14,401 bases of DNA from Verrucomicrobiota bacterium (GTDB lineage: Bacteria > Verrucomicrobiota > Verrucomicrobiia > Limisphaerales > CANJXF01), in NCBI GenBank assembly GCA_038214755.1, contig JBBQRQ010000119.1, positions 1 through 14,401 on the forward strand, given 5' to 3'. The position numbers were made by a program, and so were the translations under genes. Positions 7,765-14,401 of this stretch are shown here, piece after piece (position 1 is the first letter of the stretch; every line of letters starts with the position of its first letter). Under the pieces are notes generated by a model. The model did no database searches. It had not been told where the DNA came from and saw only the letters and a program-made list of their open reading frames with translations.

Positions 7765-7780
7765 GCGCGGCCGATATAAT
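7753..7780 (+). promoter_or_regulatory. Consensus sigma70 promoter of tRNA-Gly
   Basis: TTGACA (7753-7758), 16 bp, TATAAT (7775-7780), followed by a GC-rich discriminator-like tract; 15 nt before the tRNA. Confidence 0.85.
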
Positions 7781-7795
7781 TTGGCGCGCATCGAA

Positions 7796-7869
7796 GCGGG
7801 CGTAGCTCAATGGTAGAGTTCCAGTCTTCCAAACTGGCCACGTGGGTTCGATTCCCATCGCCCGCTCCA
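7796..7869 (+). tRNA. tRNA-Gly (anticodon TCC)
   Basis: Acceptor stem gcgggcg/cgcccgc, D-arm gctc-aatggta-gagt, anticodon arm ccagt-ctTCCaa-actgg, T-arm gtggg-ttcgatt-cccat, discriminator U and encoded CCA; 74 nt. Confidence 0.98.
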
Positions 7870-8288
7870 CTTAAAACCTCCCTGTAAAATCAATCGGAAT
7901 TTACCACTCCGCTTTTGACTGTTCCGTTCGCCTAACGATTTCGCATAACGCAGCAGTTTGTTCTGAACGTGTTGTTTCACTCCCTTGCGAGTCGCAACAC
8001 GAAAAAGTTTTTACCAAAAAAAAATTCCCTGCCTCTTTTTTCGTGCGGGTTCAAGGTCGCTGCGTTGCTACCTTTTGCACCGTCGGGTGATAAAACCCTA
8101 ATCTAGCAATGAAACCTCCTTTTGGTTTGACGTCGAATCTTACGTTAATGGTATCCCGTTTGTTTTTTCGTCGAGGATTGATGGAATCCGAATCTCCATT
8201 TGGAGACGGGCGATTAAATTTCTTTTTCGTTTTCAAATGTCTTGAAACGAGTTCGGCAATTATTCGGGATCAATCTACCGCATTGTTG

Positions 8289-8639
8289 TTACGCCTTGAC
8301 CAATTTTTTTACGCAAAAGCTGTTCAGACTTTCGCCAGCGGCCATAGCTTTGGCAGCAAGCCGGCGATGTAATACAGGTTCGATGCGCAGCACAAATTTG
8401 CCGCTGAAGTCACTCGTTTTTCCAAGCGGTTCGGGCAAGTCGTGGCCGTCGCTCTCCAAAAGTTCAATCCATTCTTCCACGATTTGACATAACTCGGCAT
8501 AAACCTTGGCTTCGGCCTGACCGTGGCAGCACTCACCTATGAGCGGTGGCGCACTGCCCACAAAACAGCCGTCTTCCTCACTCCATTCCACGATCTTCGT
8601 GTAATGAGCCGCCTTGGATTTTAATTCGCTCTTTTTCAT
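8289..8639 (-). CDS. hicB: HicB-family antitoxin with C-terminal ribbon-helix-helix
   Basis: N-terminal HicB-like YTKIVEWSEEDGCFVG..P...CHG...EL...VEEW...LPEP, and C-terminal FSGKFVLRIEPVLHRRLA..A...G.SLN. ATGA overlap with hicA. Confidence 0.9.
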   Translation of the reverse strand: MKKSELKSKAAHYTKIVEWSEEDGCFVGSAPPLIGECCHGQAEAKVYAELCQIVEEWIELLESDGHDLPEPLGKTSDFSGKFVLRIEPVLHRRLAAKAMAAGESLNSFCVKKLVKA

Positions 8640-8830
8640 TTTTGACTTTCCTCAATTTGACGCCGCACTTGCCGTTCCTGGTAAGGGTGAACGTCCTGCC
8701 CGGAATTGCCGCTCAAAGTGACGCGCGCCCCGGTCGAATGAATGTAATTCCGATGACTGCCTTTGCCGCCGCGATTGGTGAATCCCGCTTTTTCCAAATC
8801 TGCAATGAGTTGTCGCACCTTGCGTGGCAT
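8636..8830 (-). CDS. hicA: HicA-family toxin (mRNA interferase)
   Basis: 64 aa with L...LEKAGF...GGKGSHRNY.H...VT.SG..G.D...YQ; the conserved GSH His is present. Confidence 0.92.
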   Translation of the reverse strand: MPRKVRQLIADLEKAGFTNRGGKGSHRNYIHSTGARVTLSGNSGQDVHPYQERQVRRQIEESQK

Positions 8831-8847
8831 TCAGTATTAAATCAGTA

Positions 8848-9045
8848 TCACGGGCGTTTTAAGGTGTCAACGCTGTCCGGCATTTTATCCAGCGCCGCGC
8901 GGCGCGTTGACGTTTCGATGTGGGTGTACTGCCGAGAGACGGCTTCGCTTTCGTGGCCGAGGATGTCCCGCGCGACCACGTCGCTGACGCCGGCATTCTT
9001 CAAAAGGCTCGTGGCGGCGGCAATGTTATGGAAGGCAAGTTGATT
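8848..9045 (-). pseudogene. C-terminal remnant of a tyrosine recombinase/integrase
   Basis: NQLAFHNIAAATSLLKNAGVSDVVARDILGHESEAVSRQYTH keeps the box II LGH and the catalytic Tyr, but the H-x-x-R motif reads FHNIAA. I could find no upstream integrase domains before the protease stop at 9264. Confidence 0.8.
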
Positions 9046-9263
9046 GGCTGACACGTCCGCAAGGCACGCACTCAAACGTCAAATTTGGGCATCTCGCAAT
9101 GGTCTGATGTGCCTAACGCTACTTTCACTCCCATTGGTAATGGATTGTTCCAGGTTTATTTTGTTCCGAGTGGCTCGCCCGGTTCTATCGAGTAATCGCT
9201 CTGTTCCAATGGTGTCGGCGAAAGAGACCGAGTCATATCGACCTGGACGTTTGCCATCTCAAC

Positions 9264-12218
9264 TTACGGCTTTTGTACGCCGAGTTTGTAGAAGAAATAA
9301 GCAGGGGGCGGGTTGAGGTAGTTGGTAAAGAGGGTGATACTCGAAGGAAGATTAGACGCGCCAGGCACGATAGAAAATGGCTCGAAAAAATTTGTAGTGG
9401 AGTAGAGGGTGTAGAGCCGGTCGGCAACTGGGTTCCACCTTAGTATCCAATTTGTGCGAGAGGTATCGGTTGTCAAGGCAAGGCGTAGCTGGCTGGATGG
9501 GTCGTTGGGATTCAGGCCGGCAATGTAAGATTGCCAAAGTGGAATACCATTCGTGCCAACGATGTCCACGGCGGTTTCAAAATTTGCGGTGTAACCATAA
9601 GATGCAAGCCACCAAAGGGGAGTGGGATGATTAGTAGTAAGGAGTTCGGCAAAGAGGGCTACCACGACGAGGTTGGTGTTCAGGATGAGGTTGAGAGGAT
9701 TGTTGGTAGCGGTAATATCTCCCGTCCAACGATCGAACCGGTAGTAGCTGGACGGCGTGGCAGTTACCTGGATGGCAGAACCTTTGGCATATGTTCCACT
9801 GGCTGGATTTACGCTGCCCCAGTTGGTGTTGTTAACCGTGGCGGAGAACGAAAAATTCGCAGGCACCGGCGCGGGAATAGAGACGGCGAAGGAGCCGAGA
9901 TTAGTTCCACCGATAAAGTTATTGTAGATGTCGCTCACCTGTCCGCCTCGTAGCGTTACCACGTAGTTGCCGTTGTCGGTATAATCCCAGGAGCCCCCCG
10001 GCGCGGGAAGTGAATAGAAGGCGATACGCGGCGTTCCGTCCGTCGAATTGTCAACGCTAACCAGGGTGGCGATGTTGGTATAACCATTGGGACCGGTTAC
10101 CACGAGGTTTGAAGAAGTGATAGTGGACACACGCACCGCGTTGCTGTCGGCATAGGTCACGGTGAAGAGATGACTGACCGAGCCTCCGTTAGTTATATTC
10201 ATCACGTTAAGCAAGGCCGTGGGGGGAAGTGAATCGAAGCTTCGAGCTATAATTTCGATGTCATCAATGTTCCAACCAATGTCGTTTTGAGATGGGCCGG
10301 AACTAATTCCCCAACGCAAACGAACTATGGAACTCCCGGCGACCCACGAGGGCAGGGCGTAGGAAACATCCTGCCACGAGGTATCGGAAATAGCCTGCGA
10401 AGTGGTCCAAATATTCGTCCAGGCGACGCCGTTGGTGGATACCTGAATAAGCGCGGTGTCACCGCTCTTGAGTCGAAGCCAGCGATGAAAGTGCAAGGTA
10501 AGGGAGCCCGCGACGGCAGCGTTGATCGGCGGGGTAGTGGCGTATTTGGTGGCAAGACTGTTCTCGTAGTTGCCACTCAGGTTGTAGGCTATGATATTCG
10601 TTCCAGTGAAACCATTGGTAGGACCTATGCCGGTGTAAGCCGGTCGTCCGTATTGCCAGAGTGGTTCGAGGGTCCAACCGGGAGATGTATCCATGTTAGC
10701 GGTATAAATCGGCACGGGGATGTTGTAAGGGGTGGGAGCGATTGTTCCACTGATGAAGTACTGCCCGATTGAGCCATAGGAGGTGTAACCTCGGGGATTG
10801 GAACTGAACGGATTACCGGCCCCCGTGTTTCGGACCAGAAGATAATAAAGTCCTTCGGTCAAATTAGTCTGAATACGGGCATAGGTCTGATCCGGCGGAT
10901 TATCGGCCAGGAGAAGCTGTCCCCACCTGTCGTAAAGTTCTACGAGCAAATCCAGATTGCCTCCATGGGTCAGTCCCGATGGAGTGATCCAGGGGTTGAT
11001 GCTCAGGTCAATCGCGCCATTGCCCGTCGCGAAGGAAAACATATCCACATCGGTGTTCATTTGAATGACGCCTTTGTTCACCCGGTTGGTATTGGCAGGG
11101 TCATTTTCCGGGGTGGTAGAAACAATGTTGGCTCCGTCCGTGATCGTCAATGCTGTAGCGGTGTCGAAGGTGTCGCCATGGTCATCCGCGCGGTAGGTAA
11201 GCTTAGTGGCGATGATAGCCAGATCGTCCTGGGTATTGTTGGCGAGATAGTAGTCCCCCTTGCACCATTGACTTACGTTGCGGGCGTAGCCAAGGCCCAT
11301 CAGTGTTCCCCAGGAAATATCGTCGCCGCCATGTCCCTGGTAATATTCAGAACCATCCGTTCGTCCATCATGGCTCAAACCAAGGTTATGACCCACTTCG
11401 TGAGAAGCTCCTTCTGCGATATAGGATTCATCGTAGCCCAGGTTATTAATGTAGATCCACGCAGGGCGATGGCTCGCATAACCCGTGTAACCAAATTCGT
11501 CGATGTAGGCCACTCCGCCTGAGCCGGGGGCAGGATTAGGTTCGCCATTGGCATCTGTGCTACGGGTGATGAGCGCGTGGGCCGTATAAATTCCAAAACT
11601 CGCCGGACGTTCCGTGGTCACATCAATGTTGAAAGGCGCGTAATCTTCCGACATCCGTTGCCAGATGCTTTTGATCGCCAGTTGCTCCGCATCGCTGAAC
11701 GTCGAGTAATCTCCGTCCGTGCTGAAAGCCACGGCGGGAATGACCGCGCGATTGATATACGTGTTCCATGCAGTATTACTTACCGACTCTCCAGTGAAAT
11801 TAATGTAAAGCACATTGGGCGCGCCAGGACGACTGTGAAAAATGAGACTCGGGGGAAATGGGTTGACCGGAAGAGCAGCCTCTGCGATCACCGGTTCGGA
11901 GCGCGCGAGGGCAGGAGCGGGCGCAAGTTGGAACGAGTCGATGTAGAATATCCCGCCTTCCGCATCGGCATGGAGCGTGTTCAGGTCTTGCTCGGTGAAA
12001 TGAAAATTGTGCAGGCGGGCGATGGCGCGCGCTTTGGCTGGGGCGGGTAATTTTTCAAGCTGCTTTCGAAAGCGGCTCACTGGCAAATCCTCGACGCGAG
12101 AAACGGTTCCTTTGGGAAATTGCCGCGCCCATGCCGGCGAGGCGAAACCCAGGCAGGCCGCGACCATAATCGAAGCAATTCCTAAAGAGTATTTGCTGGA
12201 AAAAAAAGTCATCAACAC
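9264..12218 (-). CDS. Large secreted multidomain zinc metallopeptidase (metzincin)
   Basis: Signal peptide ending in ASPAWA; HEVGHNLGLSH (HExxHxxGxxH) with Met-turn WGTLMG. It is followed by a PPC-like domain (DDHGDT...DVDMFSF...GLYYLLV), a jelly-roll-like domain (GWNIDDI), an Ig-like domain, a 'TATPSSYYRFDRWTGD' InlB-B/Flg_new-like repeat and a C-terminal domain ending FFYKLGVQKP. The start could be GTG 12218 or ATG 12212. Confidence 0.88.
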   Translation of the reverse strand: MLMTFFSSKYSLGIASIMVAACLGFASPAWARQFPKGTVSRVEDLPVSRFRKQLEKLPAPAKARAIARLHNFHFTEQDLNTLHADAEGGIFYIDSFQLAPAPALARSEPVIAEAALPVNPFPPSLIFHSRPGAPNVLYINFTGESVSNTAWNTYINRAVIPAVAFSTDGDYSTFSDAEQLAIKSIWQRMSEDYAPFNIDVTTERPASFGIYTAHALITRSTDANGEPNPAPGSGGVAYIDEFGYTGYASHRPAWIYINNLGYDESYIAEGASHEVGHNLGLSHDGRTDGSEYYQGHGGDDISWGTLMGLGYARNVSQWCKGDYYLANNTQDDLAIIATKLTYRADDHGDTFDTATALTITDGANIVSTTPENDPANTNRVNKGVIQMNTDVDMFSFATGNGAIDLSINPWITPSGLTHGGNLDLLVELYDRWGQLLLADNPPDQTYARIQTNLTEGLYYLLVRNTGAGNPFSSNPRGYTSYGSIGQYFISGTIAPTPYNIPVPIYTANMDTSPGWTLEPLWQYGRPAYTGIGPTNGFTGTNIIAYNLSGNYENSLATKYATTPPINAAVAGSLTLHFHRWLRLKSGDTALIQVSTNGVAWTNIWTTSQAISDTSWQDVSYALPSWVAGSSIVRLRWGISSGPSQNDIGWNIDDIEIIARSFDSLPPTALLNVMNITNGGSVSHLFTVTYADSNAVRVSTITSSNLVVTGPNGYTNIATLVSVDNSTDGTPRIAFYSLPAPGGSWDYTDNGNYVVTLRGGQVSDIYNNFIGGTNLGSFAVSIPAPVPANFSFSATVNNTNWGSVNPASGTYAKGSAIQVTATPSSYYRFDRWTGDITATNNPLNLILNTNLVVVALFAELLTTNHPTPLWWLASYGYTANFETAVDIVGTNGIPLWQSYIAGLNPNDPSSQLRLALTTDTSRTNWILRWNPVADRLYTLYSTTNFFEPFSIVPGASNLPSSITLFTNYLNPPPAYFFYKLGVQKP

Positions 12219-12410
12219 AGCGAGAGTTTATCCTGTTTTTCTATTTTGAAAAGAAAGTATCTGAAAAAAATAGGTCTCTGAAGATAAAAGGAGATTTCCG
12301 TTGCTATTGTTTCGCGAGAATTCTACAACAGCAGTGCTGAAATGGAATCAATTTCGGTCAAGAGTTTTTTGAAAAACTCTCGAACAACAAACCCTCTCTC
12401 CAATCCATCT

Positions 12411-14260
12411 ATGAAAACCCGGACTCGCCTGATGCTGTTACTCGCTTTGATATCGCCATTGGCTCACGTGCCTAACGCATTTGGGGAGATAGGTTGCAGT
12501 TTCATCAGCCGCCTTTATTCTGGAAGCCCCGTCTGTCCTGACTTTGGGGATCCGCCACCATGCCCCGACTGCTGCCCGCGGCCCGGTGGCGGACCCGGTC
12601 CCGCCCCCAGTAATGGACCCAGTGGCGGCGGTTGCGGCGGATGTGCCGCGGGTATGCCCATTTGGTGGGTTTCGGAGCCTTACATTAACTTACGTTTAGA
12701 AGATGAACCTTTGGGATATAACCCTTCTCATGGTCCACGCGTCAGTTTTACTCTGTCATATCGCCAGCGCGGTGTTGTAAAGGAAGAACCAGAAATTTTT
12801 GGGGTTGGAACAAACTGGTCAGTTTCTTTTCGCGCCTACTTGGCGCCAATCACCTCCACCTTGATCCGCGTTCATAAAGGGGGTGCCGGAGCAATTGATT
12901 ATATTCCCGGTGAAGCAAATTATCAGGATGGCTCGATTCTCACCACCTCAGATAGTGGTCTTACTTATCAAATTGATACCTAAACGGGGCCAAGGACCTC
13001 TTTGAGAAGCAGTTTGTCAATGGAACCAATGAGAGTTTCAATTTCCTTACTGCCCGAAAGAATGCTTCCGGCAATAGCCTGACATTCGGTTATTCTACCA
13101 ATCAAAATGGGGTGCAGCTAACGAGCGTGCAAGATGCGGATGGCAAAAAGACATTTCTCTATTATGAAAATCCAACCTTTTCAAATTACATTACAAAGGT
13201 CGTCGATCCATTTAATCGGACGAGTATCCTTCAATATGATTCCGTCGGCTACCTGACAAACATTGTCGATGTCGCCGGCTTAGCCAGTTCGTTTGTTTAT
13301 GATATTGGAGTCCGTCGAAGTTGGATTACAAACATGACTACGCCCTATGGCTTAACCAGCTTTCGTTATGGAGGCGTGGATGCCGAAACGCCGTTTTTTG
13401 TCGACACTGGGAATCAGGTAAACCGTTTTGTCGAGATCACGCTGCCAAATGGCGGAAAACAGCTTTATCTTTACCGCCATGATTGCAACGGCTTCCTTCC
13501 CGAAACCTATTCATCTGTTCCATCCACGAGTCCGCTTACCAATACACTTGATAATGTTGATCAGAACTACCGGGATAGTTTCCACTGGAATTCGCTTCAA
13601 TATTCCGGCCTCTCCAGCACTTATCTGCTGTCGGGAGACGTAAGCGATCTCTCCACCGCTGATTATCGCCTTGGCCGATTGCGTCATTGGTTGAGCGATA
13701 CCACTGACAACCCATCCTATAGTCTTTCATTGGAGCGTGCTCCAAGCCCGGACGGGACGGCGGAAGGGCAGATGACCTGGTACGATTACGATGGAAAAAC
13801 CAACGGATACAATTACGTTGGAACTATTGGCCTCCCTTCACTTGTTGCTCTGGTCTTGCCCGACACTACAACTCGTTTTAGTCATTACACACGAGGAACC
13901 CACAGCCAACCAACCGAGGAAATTTCTACTTACACCAGGACAGATGGCTCAGTAGGTCTCCGCACGAACGTCTTTATCTTCGCCCAAAATGGAATTGATT
14001 TATTGCGCCACGTCGGACCCCAGGGTGAGCAAGTGGTCAGCAACTATTTCAACAACAGCTATCACCAGCCTGATAAGAGTTACGACGCCTTAAATCAGGA
14101 AACGCTCTACACCTATAATACCAATCGCCAGCTTACGAGTTTCCACGGACCCTCTGGTTTAACCACCACCAACATCTACTTCGCGAACGGAAATGCCACG
14201 AATCGCCTGGACCAGACCATTGATTTGGAAATTGGCCGCACCAATTCTTATACCTATTAT
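12411..14260 (+). pseudogene. RHS/YD-repeat protein with Sec signal peptide; frameshifted at ~12978 and truncated by an IS at 14261
   Basis: MKTRTRLMLLLALISPLAHVPNAFG signal, a Cys/Pro/Gly-rich linker, then GMP...L.LEDEPLGYNPSHGPRVSFTLSY. The frame of ORF 13112-14278 is open back to 12980 (LNGAKDLFEKQF...). YD-type repeats include ITKVVDPFNRTSILQYDSVGYLTNIVD and YDALNQETLYTYNTNRQLTS. Confidence 0.88.
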
Positions 14261-14401
14261 CACTACTGTCCGGTTTAAAAGCCCGGTAAACACGGGTGAT
14301 ATCGAGGGTCGAGCGATTCCGAGGGTGGCGGCAGTTGAGCAAGGGCCTGGAAAATGGGCGTTTTCTCGAAAAGTGTGAGGCTCAAAATCTGTAGAATGGT
14401 G
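14261..14401 (-). mobile_element. Right end of an IS4-family insertion sequence (IS4Sa/DUF4372 type)
   Basis: The terminus CACTACTGTCCGGTTTAAAA at 14261 coincides with the loss of RHS-like sequence, and a transposase C-terminus ends within it. Confidence 0.8.
14275..14400 (-). CDS. IS4-family transposase, C-terminal fragment (runs off the window end)
   Basis: Hand translation gives TILQILSLTLFEKTPIFQALAQLPPPSESLDPRYHPCLPGF*. 'ILQILS.TLFEK.P' is recognised as the tail of DUF4372-associated IS4 transposases. Confidence 0.8.
   Translation of the reverse strand, partial: TILQILSLTLFEKTPIFQALAQLPPPSESLDPRYHPCLPGF

Noticed and set aside
7730..7870. 47-aa N-terminal extension of PyrC
   Set aside because: It is the antisense translation of tRNA-Gly and its promoter.
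8051..8236. 61-aa basic ORF downstream of hicB
   Set aside because: No recognisable motif or clear initiation signal. It could be a small gene but cannot be supported.
8848..9075. Functional mini-recombinase
   Set aside because: It lacks the catalytic Arg residues and the core-binding domain, so it is better explained as a remnant.
9531..12050. Several plus-strand ORFs of 140-185 aa within the protease gene
   Set aside because: Antisense shadows with no independent protein signatures.
12342..12410. Upstream ATG start for the RHS gene
   Set aside because: ATG 12411 yields a canonical signal peptide; the extra 23 aa would precede it without evident purpose.
12960..12990. Programmed ribosomal frameshift in the RHS gene
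   Set aside because: No X XXY YYZ slippery site or obvious stimulatory hairpin is present, and the gene is also IS-disrupted.

Overview
Bacterial chromosome segment, most likely Verrucomicrobiota (Pedosphaera-like; inferred from GloVer repeats, C-terminal domains and repeat style). The left half (1-7869) is mostly core genome: partial DUF4230-like gene, hemB, a membrane-anchored FHA protein, carA, a signal-peptide thioredoxin, pyrC and tRNA-Gly(TCC). It is interrupted by a ParE/RelE-type toxin-antitoxin pair and a frameshifted GloVer-repeat secreted protein, and its intergenic spaces hold at least four unrelated palindromic repeat families. Right of the tRNA is a decaying island-like region: hicAB, a tyrosine-integrase remnant, a 984-aa secreted metzincin protease, and a signal-peptide RHS/YD gene that is frameshifted and then truncated by an IS4-family element at 14261. 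No complete new multi-gene system can be shown from sequence alone. The best leads are a shared C-terminal 'W..(F/Y)TLxS..FY(R/K)L..KP' domain in two unrelated secreted proteins (possible lineage-specific sorting signal), a strong Thr-Asn dipeptide excess confined to exported proteins, and a repeated leaderless promoter layout.
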